DNA of 64,000 bases from an uncultured Candidatus Saccharibacteria bacterium (GCA_964613715.1 CAZTJK010000002.1:40355-104354), one strand, 5' to 3'. Numbered from the stretch's first letter, positions 29,186-39,417 are shown. Notes: generated by a model from the sequence alone, not told the origin. A program made the numbers and translations.

Positions 29186-29884
29186 ATGTCTCACTATATG
29201 AAGTCTTTTCTTGATGTGCACCATCTCCACCACGCTTATTGTATCCTTGGTGAACGGGAACTAATCAAAAAAAATCTCCGGTCATTTTTTGCCAAACATC
29301 TCTACACGGATATTGCCGGGAATCCGGATGTGATAGAACGCGATTTCGACACCCTTGATATCGAGGATGCGCGCATGATCAAAAACATGCATGCATCGAA
29401 GCCAGCCGTATCTGATAGGAAGCTCTTCGTCGTAAGCGCGAATTTCATCACCGAGAAGGCGCAGAACGCCATGCTCAAGATGTTCGAGGAGCCGCGCGGT
29501 GACACGCATTTTTTCCTCGTTATGCCGTCTGCCGCTGGTATCATTGCGACGCTTCGCTCCCGTCTGTTCATGGCCGATGAGCGGATGGAAGAAAAAACAG
29601 CTTTGTCCGCGGATAATTTCCTGTCAGGCTCTATTACCAAACGCCTATCGATTATCAAGGACCTTATGGAAAAAGTAAGCGATGAGGAGGAAAGCAAAAT
29701 CACCGTCCTTGCATGCATCAACGGTATTGAAATAGCGCTTCACAAGCGGGCATTGCAGGCGAAGGACCGATCATTCGATTCTCTATTGGAACGGATCGAA
29801 ACTGCCCGCCGATATGCCATGGGCCCCTCGCCGTCTTTGAAAATGATTCTCGAATATCTTGCGCTTGTCATTCCGCTCGCATAA
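29186..29884 (+). CDS. holB: DNA polymerase III subunit delta' (short form)
   Basis: 232 aa; HAYCILGE (HAYLF-like), LKMFEEPRGDTHFFLV (LKTLEEP box), no P-loop, consistent with delta' clamp-loader subunit. Confidence 0.65.
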   Translation: MSHYMKSFLDVHHLHHAYCILGERELIKKNLRSFFAKHLYTDIAGNPDVIERDFDTLDIEDARMIKNMHASKPAVSDRKLFVVSANFITEKAQNAMLKMFEEPRGDTHFFLVMPSAAGIIATLRSRLFMADERMEEKTALSADNFLSGSITKRLSIIKDLMEKVSDEEESKITVLACINGIEIALHKRALQAKDRSFDSLLERIETARRYAMGPSPSLKMILEYLALVIPLA

Positions 29885-29906
29885 CCGAGCTTTTTCCGCT
29901 ATACTT

Positions 29907-30182
29907 ATGAGCATCATGGAACAGCCAATAGAGAATATGCAAGCGAAGAAAAAGCCGATGCTCGAGCAGCTTGGTGAGATGAATGTCGCGAGCCTCATCG
30001 AATTTTTCAAGGGTAATCCGAACTTCATTATCCAGACGCTCGGCAAGAAGATGGAAGACGAAGCGCATGCAGGCGGCATCACGCCGGAAACATTTCGTAC
30101 TGCACTTCGCCGCATCATGACCAAAGTACCGGAGCCGGGCGATACCGAAGAGTTGCTCAATGTTATAAAAGCAAACAGATAA
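29907..30182 (+). CDS. Hypothetical protein
   Basis: 91 aa from ATG 29907, immediately upstream of frr; no family recognised. Confidence 0.45.
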   Translation: MSIMEQPIENMQAKKKPMLEQLGEMNVASLIEFFKGNPNFIIQTLGKKMEDEAHAGGITPETFRTALRRIMTKVPEPGDTEELLNVIKANR

Positions 30183-30184
30183 TC

Positions 30185-30736
30185 ATGGCTTACGATTTCA
30201 AACAGCTGAAGGAAAAGGTGAAAGGAGTTGATGAATGGCTCAAGAAAGAATATCTCGCATTGCGCACCGGCATTGCCACGCCAGCCGTGCTTGACGGCGT
30301 GCAGGTGGACGCATACGGGTCAAAAATGCATCTCAATCAAGTAGCAAGCATTGCGGTAGAAGATGCGCGTGCTATTCGCGTGAATCCGTATGACAAGTCG
30401 CAAGGCAAGGAAATAGAAAAGGCGATCGTCGCCGCGAATCTCGGTGTTTCGGTCGCGGTGGATGAAAAAGGCGTCCGCGTATTCTTTCCGCAGCTGACCG
30501 GCGAAAGCCGCGCGCTTCTCGTGAAGAATGCCAAAGCAAAGCTCGAGGATGCTCGTATACGCATTCGTGCGGCTCGGGATGAATGTTTGAAGGATATTGA
30601 TGCGAAAGAAAAAGAGGGCGGCATGAGCCAGGATGACAAGTTTCGTCATAAGAATGAAATGCAGAAGATTGTTGATGAAGCCAATAAGGCACTCGAAGTA
30701 TTGCTTGAGAAAAAGGAAAAGGAAATACATTCCTAG
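30185..30736 (+). CDS. frr: Ribosome recycling factor
   Basis: 183 aa; LKEKVKGVDEWLKKEYLALRTGIATPAVLDGVQVDAYGSKMHLNQVASI..., RNEMQKI..DEAN pattern of RRF. Confidence 0.9.
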   Translation: MAYDFKQLKEKVKGVDEWLKKEYLALRTGIATPAVLDGVQVDAYGSKMHLNQVASIAVEDARAIRVNPYDKSQGKEIEKAIVAANLGVSVAVDEKGVRVFFPQLTGESRALLVKNAKAKLEDARIRIRAARDECLKDIDAKEKEGGMSQDDKFRHKNEMQKIVDEANKALEVLLEKKEKEIHS

Positions 30737-30739
30737 CAT

Positions 30740-31834
30740 ATGACTATCATCCTTTTCCTCATCATACTGACGGCACTTGTCTTCGTGCATGAGCTCGGTC
30801 ATTTTCTTACCGCAAAATTCTTCGGCGTGCGCGTCGACGAATTCGCCATTGGCTTTCCGCCGCGCCTCATTTCCCGTACGCGCGGCGAGACAAAATATTC
30901 GATCAATCTCATCCCATTTGGGGGGTACGTGAAAATTTTCGGAGAAAACCCCGAAGAGGGCATTGCGGATGGCCCGGACAGTCATCAGAGCTTCGCTCAT
31001 GCATCATGGTGGAAACAGCTTGTCATCCTGCTTGCCGGCATCAGCATGAACATTATTTTTGCCTGGCTCTTGATATCCATCTCGTTCAATATCGGCCTTT
31101 TGACATCAGTTGATGAAAGTTATCGCGATGTCGCCACCGATGTATCCGTCATCGTCTTATCGGTCGTGAAGAATTCTCCGAGCGACAAGGCGGGCTTGAA
31201 GGAAGGGGACAGCATCACCGATATCCAATCCGCCGGCATCGACAAGCAATATCCGACTATTTCCGATATTCAGTCTATTGTCGCTGACAGCCGCAGCCTG
31301 ATCACCCTGGATTACAAGCGCGGCAATGCGACTGCCACTGCGCAGGTCCTTGCCACGGACGGCCTCGTGGATGGTAAGAAAGCAATCGGCATTTCCATGG
31401 GCCTTGCCGGTACCGTCAAATACGGTTTTTTCAGATCGTTCTGGGAAGGGGCAAAGCTCACGGTGAGCGAAACGAAGAATATCACTGCAGGCATTTACGG
31501 ATTTATCATGGGCGCATTCCAAGGCCAAAGCGGCATCCTGAACAATATTTCCGGGCCGGTCGGCATCGCCGGCATGGTCGGCGAGGCGAGCCATCTCGGC
31601 ATCTCGTATCTTTTCGGATTCATCGCGATGATCTCGATCAATCTCGCCGTGCTTAACTGTGTTCCATTCCCAGCGCTTGACGGGGGCAGGGCGCTTTTCG
31701 TCGTGATTGAGGCTGTGATACGCCGCAAAATCAAGCCTTCTATCCTGAACTGGGTCAATATGCTCGGGTTCATCATACTCATCGCATTGATGATTTTCAT
31801 CACTTATACCGATATTGCGCGTCTCGTGCATTAA
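30740..31834 (+). CDS. rseP: RIP zinc metalloprotease RseP (site-2 protease, M50)
   Basis: 364 aa; HELGH zinc site in TM1, internal PDZ domain, C-terminal LDGG motif (FPALDGGRALFVVIE). Confidence 0.9.
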   Translation: MTIILFLIILTALVFVHELGHFLTAKFFGVRVDEFAIGFPPRLISRTRGETKYSINLIPFGGYVKIFGENPEEGIADGPDSHQSFAHASWWKQLVILLAGISMNIIFAWLLISISFNIGLLTSVDESYRDVATDVSVIVLSVVKNSPSDKAGLKEGDSITDIQSAGIDKQYPTISDIQSIVADSRSLITLDYKRGNATATAQVLATDGLVDGKKAIGISMGLAGTVKYGFFRSFWEGAKLTVSETKNITAGIYGFIMGAFQGQSGILNNISGPVGIAGMVGEASHLGISYLFGFIAMISINLAVLNCVPFPALDGGRALFVVIEAVIRRKIKPSILNWVNMLGFIILIALMIFITYTDIARLVH

Positions 31835-31865
31835 AAAAGCCCTCGAATCTGTTCGTGGGCTTTTT

Positions 31866-32054
31866 CTATTGCGGCAGTGGCAACAGTTTTATTTTTTCAT
31901 GATCAGCGTTCGATCTGAAAAAAACATCGCCGCTTTTTCCGACCGCAAGAGCTGCTTTCTGTGCTTCAGGCGTGAGCATGTCGAATGTTACCTCCGAGGA
32001 GGCCGCATGCTTGTATGCTCGCGCAAGATCATCTTCTGATAGTATGAGCTGCAT
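31866..32054 (-). CDS. Hypothetical small protein
   Basis: 62 aa; strong RBS gaggagg 5 nt upstream of ATG on minus strand; terminator-like hairpin at its 3' end (31838-31866). Confidence 0.5.
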   Translation of the reverse strand: MQLILSEDDLARAYKHAASSEVTFDMLTPEAQKAALAVGKSGDVFFRSNADHEKIKLLPLPQ

Positions 32055-32159
32055 GAATCCTCCTCAAAAGATCGTTTCTGGTACTATAAATAGAATACAA
32101 TAATGAACTCATTTGTCAAATAATTGTTTTTTCCCTCTGCTTCATGTACTATTGTCCGC

Positions 32160-33422
32160 ATGTTGCAGTCGAAGTTGCTCACCAAGACCAGGAAAGAAGG
32201 TCCGAAGGACGAAGTGTCGAAAAATGCGAATCTCCTCATTCGCGCCGGTTTCATTCACAAGGAAATGGCGGGCGTCTATTCCTATTTGCCACTGGGCTTG
32301 CGCGTCATGAAAAAGATCGAAGCGATCATCCGTGACGAGATGAATGCCGTCGGCGGAACGGAAATGAAGACCTCCGTCATCCAGTCGAAAGAGGTCTGGG
32401 AAAAATCAAATCGCTGGGACGACAAGATCGTCGATAATTGGTTCAAGACTACATTGAAGAACGGCACGGAAGTCGGTCTGTCATTTACCAATGAAGAAGC
32501 ATACTCGAATCTCTTGAAGCAATATATCAGCTCATACAAGGATTTGCCCCTCTATCCGTATGATTTCAAGGAAATTTTCAGAAATGAGGCTCGCAGCAAG
32601 TCTGGGATACTGCGCGGCCGGGAATTCTATTGGAAAGCGCTCTATTCATTTTCAAAAGACAAACAAGAACATGACAGCTTTTATGCAATGATGACGAAGG
32701 CCTATGAGAATATTTTCAAAAAGGTCGGCATCGGCGATATCACCTATATCACTTTCGCATCCGGCGGCTCATTTTCGAAATATTCCCATGAATTCCAGAC
32801 GATCACCGAAGCAGGTGAAGACATTATCCATATTGATGAAAAGAAAAAGCTCGCAGTAAATAAGGAAGTGCTCGATGATGCCGGACTTTTGAAAGAAATG
32901 GGATTCGACAAGGCGAAGCTCGTCGAGAAGAAAGCCATCGAAGTCGGCAATATCTTCTCTCTTGGCACGAGATTCTCGGAGCCGTTCGACCTTTCTTATA
33001 AAGATGAGAAAGGCGAGAAGCAGTTCGTGTTCATGGGTAGCTATGGCATCGGCCTCGGGCGGCTTATGGGCACCATCGTGGAAGTGCTTGCGGATGAGAA
33101 AGGCCTCGTGTGGCCGGCTTCGATTGCTCCTTTTTCAGTGCATATTGTCGAGATTCCGTCTGAAAAATCAGCAGTGAAGAAAGCGGCTGAAAAGCTCTAT
33201 GCGACACTCCAGGCAGCAGGCATCGAAGCACTCTATGATGATCGCGATGCACGTGCAGGCGAGAAATTTGCCGACAGCGACCTTATCGGCATTCCACTGC
33301 GCATCGTCGTATCTGAAAAAGGACTTGAGAATGGAGTGTTTGAAGTGAAGGAACGAAAAAGCGGCAGCATCTCGCTCTTGAAAGAAAAAGAATTGCTTGC
33401 ATTCGTACACAAATATATATAG
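32160..33422 (+). CDS. proS: Prolyl-tRNA synthetase (short form lacking the large editing insertion)
   Basis: MLQSKLLTKTRKEG...NANLLIRAGFIHKEMAGVYSYLPLGLRVMKKIEAIIRDEMN matches the ProRS N-terminus; class II motifs and anticodon-binding C-terminus (FVFMGSYGIGLGRLMG); about 420 aa. Confidence 0.85.
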   Translation: MLQSKLLTKTRKEGPKDEVSKNANLLIRAGFIHKEMAGVYSYLPLGLRVMKKIEAIIRDEMNAVGGTEMKTSVIQSKEVWEKSNRWDDKIVDNWFKTTLKNGTEVGLSFTNEEAYSNLLKQYISSYKDLPLYPYDFKEIFRNEARSKSGILRGREFYWKALYSFSKDKQEHDSFYAMMTKAYENIFKKVGIGDITYITFASGGSFSKYSHEFQTITEAGEDIIHIDEKKKLAVNKEVLDDAGLLKEMGFDKAKLVEKKAIEVGNIFSLGTRFSEPFDLSYKDEKGEKQFVFMGSYGIGLGRLMGTIVEVLADEKGLVWPASIAPFSVHIVEIPSEKSAVKKAAEKLYATLQAAGIEALYDDRDARAGEKFADSDLIGIPLRIVVSEKGLENGVFEVKERKSGSISLLKEKELLAFVHKYI

Positions 33423-33424
33423 CC

Positions 33425-34486
33425 ATGTTCGAAAGTCTCAAGAAAAAAATCCAGAAATATTTTTCAAACGATATCGGCATCGATCTCGGTACGGCCAATA
33501 CGCTGGTTTACCTTGCTGGCAAAGGCATCGTCATCAATGAGCCATCAGTGGTCGCGCTCAATCAAAAGACCGACCGCGTGGTCGCAGTCGGCGTGCAAGC
33601 GAAGGAAATGCTCGGCCGCACCCCGCCGCATATCGTTGCAGTCCGGCCGCTTGTCGACGGCGTTATTTCTGATTTCGAAGTGACGGAAGAAATGATCGCA
33701 TATCTCGTGAAAAAGGCTGAAGAGCTTTTGCCGAAAGTCATCGGGCCACGCGTGGTGGTCGGCGTGCCATCCGGCGTTACGAACGTGGAAATACGCGCTG
33801 TGCGTGATGCGACGCGAAATGCCGGCGCGCGCGAAGTGCATATCGTCGAGGAGCCAATGGCAGGTGCCATCGGCATTCGTCTGCCGATTCATGATCCGGT
33901 CGGCTCGATGGTAATCGATATCGGCGGGGGAACAACGGATATCGCCGTCATATCGCTTGGTGGCATCGTGCGTTCGAAGAATCTCAAGATCGCGGGCGAC
34001 AAGCTCAACAACGACATCGTGAGCTATATCCGCGGTGAGTTCAAGATACTCATCGGCGAAAAAACGGCCGAACAGATCAAAATGTCGATCGGTGCAGTCG
34101 TTTCCGGCGGGCATCTCGAATCGTCCATCAAAGGCCGCGACCTCATCACTGGCCTGCCACGCGAAGTAATACTCACAGATTCGGATGTCCGCGAAGCGAT
34201 GTCCCAATCGATCGAATCACTTGTCGATGCCACGAAAGAAGTGCTCGAGACCACGCCACCCGAGATTCTTGCCGATATCATGCAGCGTGGTATCTATCTT
34301 TTTGGCGGCGGCGCGCTCATCAAGGGCTTGGACGCGCTCTTGCACGAATATCTGAAAATTCCGGTGCGTATTGCTGATGACCCGCTTACGGCGGTTGCGC
34401 GCGGCACCGGCATCATCCTCGAGAATCTCGACACGTATCGCGACGTATTAATCCAGAACGAAGATGCCTTACCGCCAAAGAAATAA
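33425..34486 (+). CDS. mreB: Rod shape-determining protein MreB
   Basis: 353 aa; GIDLGTANTLVY, DIGGGTTDIAVIS, GIYLFGGGALIKGLD; followed by mreC-mreD-PBP2 as in canonical mre operons. Confidence 0.9.
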   Translation: MFESLKKKIQKYFSNDIGIDLGTANTLVYLAGKGIVINEPSVVALNQKTDRVVAVGVQAKEMLGRTPPHIVAVRPLVDGVISDFEVTEEMIAYLVKKAEELLPKVIGPRVVVGVPSGVTNVEIRAVRDATRNAGAREVHIVEEPMAGAIGIRLPIHDPVGSMVIDIGGGTTDIAVISLGGIVRSKNLKIAGDKLNNDIVSYIRGEFKILIGEKTAEQIKMSIGAVVSGGHLESSIKGRDLITGLPREVILTDSDVREAMSQSIESLVDATKEVLETTPPEILADIMQRGIYLFGGGALIKGLDALLHEYLKIPVRIADDPLTAVARGTGIILENLDTYRDVLIQNEDALPPKK

Positions 34487-35264
34487 TGAATTCGAGCGCG
34501 TCAATCGCCGGCTGAAGCTCATGCCGCTTGCTCTTGCTGCGCTCATCCTTCTCATCGTCCTGTTTTCTTTCTCCGGTCCGCGATCATTTCTATTTGCAGT
34601 TGCGAGACCTTTTTGGGGCGTGCGTGATAGTATCGCATCATTTTTCGATGAAGCCATCAGTCTTGTGGTATCGAAGTCATCGCTCATTGCTGAAAATGTA
34701 GCACTGAAAAAGCAGGTAAGCGATATGGCTCGCCAGCAGGCCCTCTACCTGATTACTCAAGAGGAGAATGCTGATCTGAAAGCGCTGTTTGGCAGAAAAA
34801 GCACGGAACGGCCAGTGCTTGCCCGCGTGCTGGTCAAGCCGACCTTTTCACCCTTTGACACCCTTTTGATTGATCTGGGCAGCGCCGACGGCATTGCCAT
34901 CGGCAATATCGTGCGCGCGGCGAGCTCTACCTCTATCGGCTTCGTATCAGAAGTATATGATCATACCGCAAAAGTAACGCTCTATTCGTCAGACGGGCAA
35001 AAGACGAAAGTCGAAGTGGGGAAGGCAGCAACACTCAAGGAAGCGACCGGTCTCGGCGGCGGGAATTTTTCCCTACAAATGCCGGTTGGCTCGGGCGTTC
35101 ATGTGGGCGATGCGATTGTCATGCCGTCAGTGTCCCCGAATATATTCAGCACGGTGCAGAAAGTGGAATTCAAGCCGACAGACTCGTTCGAGCGGGTGCT
35201 GTTTCAGCTGCCGGTCAATGTAAGCGAACTTGTATTTGTCGAAGTGCTCTTGTCGCAAAAATAA
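34464..35264 (+). CDS. mreC: Rod shape-determining protein MreC
   Basis: 266 aa; N-terminal TM, coiled-coil (ENVALKKQVSDMARQQA), C-terminal beta-barrel region with VLVKPT...D.LLIDLGS.DGI..G..V; start may be an internal ATG (34521) rather than the overlapping 34464. Confidence 0.75.
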   Translation: MPYRQRNNEFERVNRRLKLMPLALAALILLIVLFSFSGPRSFLFAVARPFWGVRDSIASFFDEAISLVVSKSSLIAENVALKKQVSDMARQQALYLITQEENADLKALFGRKSTERPVLARVLVKPTFSPFDTLLIDLGSADGIAIGNIVRAASSTSIGFVSEVYDHTAKVTLYSSDGQKTKVEVGKAATLKEATGLGGGNFSLQMPVGSGVHVGDAIVMPSVSPNIFSTVQKVEFKPTDSFERVLFQLPVNVSELVFVEVLLSQK

Positions 35265-35266
35265 TC

Positions 35267-35536
35267 ATGGTTCGGCGCATCTGTTTCAATATACTTTGTT
35301 TTCTATCGGTCCTGCTGCTGCCGGTGTTGGTGGCCGTCGCGGTGCTTGTCCTGGCTATTTTTCTCTGTGACGCGTTTGTCGAAGCGGTCGGCTGGGCATT
35401 CCTTATTGATACCTTGTACAGCGATGGCACAGTATTCGGCATCACATTCCATTATCCAGTTACCGCCTGCATGCTGCTTGTCCTGTGTGCTTCGCTCTTT
35501 ATCAAGCGGATGATGACCTGGTATCCGCGCCCATAA
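35267..35536 (+). CDS. mreD: Rod shape-determining protein MreD (putative)
   Basis: 89 aa hydrophobic protein directly after mreC and before PBP2; assignment by position and hydrophobicity only. Confidence 0.45.
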   Translation: MVRRICFNILCFLSVLLLPVLVAVAVLVLAIFLCDAFVEAVGWAFLIDTLYSDGTVFGITFHYPVTACMLLVLCASLFIKRMMTWYPRP

Positions 35537-35547
35537 ATGAGCTTCCC

Positions 35548-37260
35548 ATGTCCAAGAAGATCAAAACACTGTTTGGCAATACAATAGATACGAAACGGAT
35601 CAAAGATATCGAGCCGGACGAGATTTTCCTTGATTCCGAAAATCTGCCGAAATTCGACGTGAACCAGTTCGAAGGACGCATCGAGAAATCAATTTCTACG
35701 GGCACATTCCTCGTATTCGGTATTGTATGCGCTCTTATTTTTGGTATATTCTTTGCGCGCTCCATTATTCTGCAAGGCGTTCGCGGTGCAGCCTATCTTG
35801 CCAAAAGTGAAAGCAATCGCCTGCGTTATACGGTGCTCTTTCCCGAGCGAGGGATCATCACGGACAGAAATGACGAAAAGCTTGCCTGGAATAGTGCAAG
35901 TGATACGAACAGTGAATTTTCATTCCGTACGTACAAAGATACTCCCGGCCTGTCGCATGCCGTGGGCTATGTGCAGTATCCATCGAAGGACGCTTCAGGG
36001 TTTTATTACAATGAGGATTTTCTTGGCGAAGACGGAGTCGAGAAATATTATAATGATGTATTGTCAGGTACGAACGGCCAGCAGATTATCGAGATCGATG
36101 CTGCAGGGAAACTTTCCTCTGAAAGCGTTGTCCGTCCTCCGGAAGACGGCACGAATCTCAAGCTGTCCATCGATGCCGGCTTGACCTCATTTCTGTATCA
36201 GACGATCCGCTCGCTTGCGCAGCAAGTCGGCTTTACAGGTGGCGGCGGGGTGATCATGGATGTGCATACCGGGGAAGTAATCGCACTGACGAGCTTTCCG
36301 GAATACGATTCGCAAGTCATGACCGATCGCGCAAATAAGAAAATCATCAATCAGTATCTTACCGATTCCAATAATCCGTTTCTCGATCGCATCATCGACG
36401 GCCTCTATACGCCAGGCTCCATCGTGAAGCCCTATATGGCATTCGCAGCGCTTACTGAAAAAATCATCGATCCGCTCACTACTATTTTGAGTACTGGTTC
36501 AATTTCGATTCCAAATCCCTATGATCCTGCGCATCCATCGGTCTTCCGCGACTGGCGACCGCAGGGTTATGTGGATGTTCGCCATGCGCTTGCCGTTTCT
36601 TCCGACGTGTATTTCTATGAAGTCGGCGGCGGATACCAGAATCAGAAAGGGCTCGGCATCAATCTTATCGATACATACATGAACATGTTCGGCTTCGGCA
36701 ATAGTCTGCCCGACGGATTTTTCAAAGGAAGCATCGGCGTGATCCCGACGCCCGATTGGAAGAAAGCGAATTTCAATGGTGAGGAGTGGAATATCGGAGA
36801 CACGTATCATACCTCGATCGGTCAATACGGCTTTCAGGTGACGCCGATGCAGGTGGTGCGAGCGGTTGCCGCAATTGCAAATGGCGGGACACTTGTGAAC
36901 CCATCGATACTCTTTGGCGGCGATGCGCATGGCACGGTCAAGCTCGACCTCGATCAGAATAATCTCCAGATCGTCCGCGAAGGCATGTCTTTGTCGGCCT
37001 CCGCCGGAGGGGTTGCGAGCGGCTTGGATGTCGGCTATGTCAAAGTCGGTGCAAAGACCGGCACCGCCGAGCTCGGCTCAAAGAAGCAATTCGTCAATTC
37101 CTGGGTTACCGGCTTTTTCCCGTATGATCATCCGAAATACGCCTTCGCCGTAATCATGGAAAAGGGGCCGGTGACCAATACTGTCGGCGGCGTTTATGTC
37201 ATGCGTCAGGTGCTTGATTGGCTCCATGCCACGAAGCCTGACTATCTCTCCAGTAACTGA
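35548..37260 (+). CDS. mrdA: Penicillin-binding protein 2 (elongasome transpeptidase)
   Basis: About 570 aa from ATG 35548; N-terminal TM, dimerisation domain, transpeptidase motifs SIVKP (SxxK), SSD (SxN) and KTGTA; follows mreBCD. Confidence 0.85.
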   Translation: MSKKIKTLFGNTIDTKRIKDIEPDEIFLDSENLPKFDVNQFEGRIEKSISTGTFLVFGIVCALIFGIFFARSIILQGVRGAAYLAKSESNRLRYTVLFPERGIITDRNDEKLAWNSASDTNSEFSFRTYKDTPGLSHAVGYVQYPSKDASGFYYNEDFLGEDGVEKYYNDVLSGTNGQQIIEIDAAGKLSSESVVRPPEDGTNLKLSIDAGLTSFLYQTIRSLAQQVGFTGGGGVIMDVHTGEVIALTSFPEYDSQVMTDRANKKIINQYLTDSNNPFLDRIIDGLYTPGSIVKPYMAFAALTEKIIDPLTTILSTGSISIPNPYDPAHPSVFRDWRPQGYVDVRHALAVSSDVYFYEVGGGYQNQKGLGINLIDTYMNMFGFGNSLPDGFFKGSIGVIPTPDWKKANFNGEEWNIGDTYHTSIGQYGFQVTPMQVVRAVAAIANGGTLVNPSILFGGDAHGTVKLDLDQNNLQIVREGMSLSASAGGVASGLDVGYVKVGAKTGTAELGSKKQFVNSWVTGFFPYDHPKYAFAVIMEKGPVTNTVGGVYVMRQVLDWLHATKPDYLSSN

Positions 37261-37350
37261 TTTTGACTTTCACCCTTTTTATTGCTAGACTTCGCCTAAG
37301 TTTTACTGCGGCGATTGCGGATTATCAGGCTTACTAACAACCACATAACC

Positions 37351-37818
37351 ATGTCTGACGTGCAACGGGAATACCTTACGAAGCAGAAATACGAAGAGCT
37401 GTCCCACGAGCTCAAGGACTTGAAGAATGTCAAGCGAAAAGAAGTCGCAGAAGCGCTCGATTATGCCCGCGGCCTCGGCGATCTCTCCGAAAACGCCGAA
37501 TACCATGAAGCACGCGCCGAACAGGCCGAGATCGAAGAGCGCATTGCCAAGCTCGAATCCATCCTGAAGAATTCAGTCGTCGTCGAAGACCGCCATGGCG
37601 ACCATGCCATGATCGGCAGCACCGTCACCGTCGAGAAAAGCGACGGCACGAAGCGTACCTTCATGATCGTCGGTTCCGCAGAGTCCGATATGGCAGTCGG
37701 CAAAATCTCAAATCGCTCGCCGATCGGCCAGGCAGTCCTCGGCAAGAAAAAAGGCGAATCATTCTCGTTCAATTCGCCGAACGGCAAAATGGAATACAAG
37801 GTCGTCGAGGTGAAATAA
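37351..37818 (+). CDS. greA: Transcription elongation factor GreA
   Basis: MSDVQREYLTKQKYEELSHELKDLKNVKRKEVAEALDYARGLGDLSENAEYHEARAEQAEIEERIAKLE: coiled-coil with conserved acidic tip DLSENAEY, C-terminal FKBP-like domain. Confidence 0.9.
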   Translation: MSDVQREYLTKQKYEELSHELKDLKNVKRKEVAEALDYARGLGDLSENAEYHEARAEQAEIEERIAKLESILKNSVVVEDRHGDHAMIGSTVTVEKSDGTKRTFMIVGSAESDMAVGKISNRSPIGQAVLGKKKGESFSFNSPNGKMEYKVVEVK

Positions 37819-37827
37819 TCTCTGCCC

Positions 37828-39285
37828 ATGTCATCGTTCGAAGAGCTTCGCAATACCAGGATTCAGAAACTCAATGCGCTCAAAGCCGCGGACGTCAATC
37901 CTTACCCGGCATCCGTTACGTGCGACGCAACGCTTGCTGAAGCTGCGGAAGATTTTGAAAAACTCGCGAAGAAAAAATTGCTTCATCTCGTCGGCCGCAT
38001 CATGGCGATTCGCGGGCAGGGAGGACTTATTTTCTTCACACTCTTTGACGGCACCGGATCATTCCAGGGGCTTTTGAAAAAGGATGAGATGGATGAAAAA
38101 ACATTCGAGCTCTTCACCGCAACGACCGATATCGGTGATTTTATTGAAATTGCTGGGAAATTGTTCACAACGAAGCGCGGAGAAAAAACGCTCCAAGTCG
38201 CTACCTGGCGCATGCTCGCGAAATCACTCCGGCCATTGCCGGAAAAATGGCATGGCCTGACAGATGAGGAAGAACGCTTTCGAAAGCGCTACCTCGATAT
38301 CCTGTCGAACTCAGAATCCAAGGACCTTATCGAAAAACGGGCTACTTTTTTCCGCTCCATGCGCGCATTCCTTGAAAAGAAAGGATTCATGGAGGTGGAC
38401 ACGCCGGTGCTCGAAAGCACGGCAGGTGGCGCCGAAGCCCGGCCGTTCATAACCCATTACAATGCCTATGACACGGATGTGTACCTGCGTATTTCTCCCG
38501 AGCTCTGGCTCAAGCGCCTCATGGTTGCAGGCTTCCGCAAGGTCTATGAAATCGGCCGCATCTTCAGGAATGAAGGAGCCGACAATGAGCATTTGCAGGA
38601 TTATACGCAGATGGAATTTTACAGCGCCTATACCGATTACACGGAAGGGATGCAGCTTGTCGAAGAGATGTATAAATATATCGCGAAGGAAACCTTCAGC
38701 ACGCTGAAATTCACCATACGCGGGTTTGAGATCGATCTTGGAAAAAAATGGACATCGATCGATTTCGTCGCGCTTATCCAGGAAAAAACAGGCATTGATG
38801 TCATGTCCGCATCGCTTTCTGCCATCGAGAAAAAGCTCCATGAACTTTCCATCGAATATGACCGGAAAGGCTTTAATATGAATCGCGGCATCGATGCATT
38901 GTGGAAGCATTGCCGCAAGCAGATTGCCGGCCCCGCGTTTCTGGTGAATATCCCGGTTGCCCTCGAACCGCTTGCCAAGCGCAGTGAAAAAAATCCGAAT
39001 ATCGTCGAACGCTTTCAAGTGATCCTTGCCGGCAGCGAAATGGGCAAGGGCTTCAGCGAGCTCAATGATCCGATCGACCAGCTCGGCCGCTTCGAAGAGC
39101 AGGCCAAGCTCCGCAAAGCAGGCGATGACGAAGCGCAGATGATGGACGGTGATTTTGTCGAAGCGCTCGAATACGGCATGCCGCCGACGTGCGGCTTTGG
39201 ACTTTCCGAACGCCTCTTCAGCTTCCTTGCCGACAAGCCGGTGCGCGAAGCACAGATTTTCCCATTCATGCGGCCGAAAGGATAA
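37828..39285 (+). CDS. lysS: Lysyl-tRNA synthetase (class II)
   Basis: 485 aa; N-terminal OB anticodon-binding domain, class II motifs (FRNEG...HNPEFT-like region YTQMEFY, GLGIDR-like GFGLSERL); greA-lysS linkage is conserved. Confidence 0.9.
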   Translation: MSSFEELRNTRIQKLNALKAADVNPYPASVTCDATLAEAAEDFEKLAKKKLLHLVGRIMAIRGQGGLIFFTLFDGTGSFQGLLKKDEMDEKTFELFTATTDIGDFIEIAGKLFTTKRGEKTLQVATWRMLAKSLRPLPEKWHGLTDEEERFRKRYLDILSNSESKDLIEKRATFFRSMRAFLEKKGFMEVDTPVLESTAGGAEARPFITHYNAYDTDVYLRISPELWLKRLMVAGFRKVYEIGRIFRNEGADNEHLQDYTQMEFYSAYTDYTEGMQLVEEMYKYIAKETFSTLKFTIRGFEIDLGKKWTSIDFVALIQEKTGIDVMSASLSAIEKKLHELSIEYDRKGFNMNRGIDALWKHCRKQIAGPAFLVNIPVALEPLAKRSEKNPNIVERFQVILAGSEMGKGFSELNDPIDQLGRFEEQAKLRKAGDDEAQMMDGDFVEALEYGMPPTCGFGLSERLFSFLADKPVREAQIFPFMRPKG

Positions 39286-39308
39286 AAATATTCCTCACGC
39301 TTTGCATC

Positions 39309-39337
39309 AAAAAAGCCTTACCGTGTAAGGCTTTTTT
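39309..39337 (+). terminator. Rho-independent terminator after lysS
   Basis: agccttac-cgtg-gtaaggct hairpin + TTTTTT. Confidence 0.85.
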
Positions 39338-39371
39338 GATGCATGTTATCCACACAATGGATTGTTGTATT

Positions 39372-39417
39372 GTGGGATAAAGTGCTATAAAATATTCATT
39401 GAGTGGGAATAAGTGGG
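39372..39417 (+). promoter_or_regulatory. Putative MraZ operator: GTGGG direct repeats at 10-bp phasing within the mraZ promoter
   Basis: GTGGG at 39372, GTGCT (degenerate) at 39382, GTGGG at 39403 and 39413, with tataaaat -10-like box at 39386-39393; MraZ proteins bind arrays of GTGGG repeats separated by 5 nt upstream of their own gene. Confidence 0.55.

Noticed and set aside
38311-39018. ORF 38311..39018(-) and other long antisense ORFs in lysS, typA (59439..60281 +) and xfp (61556..62113 -)
   Set aside because: They are antisense to well-supported genes. They have no motifs and no translation signals.
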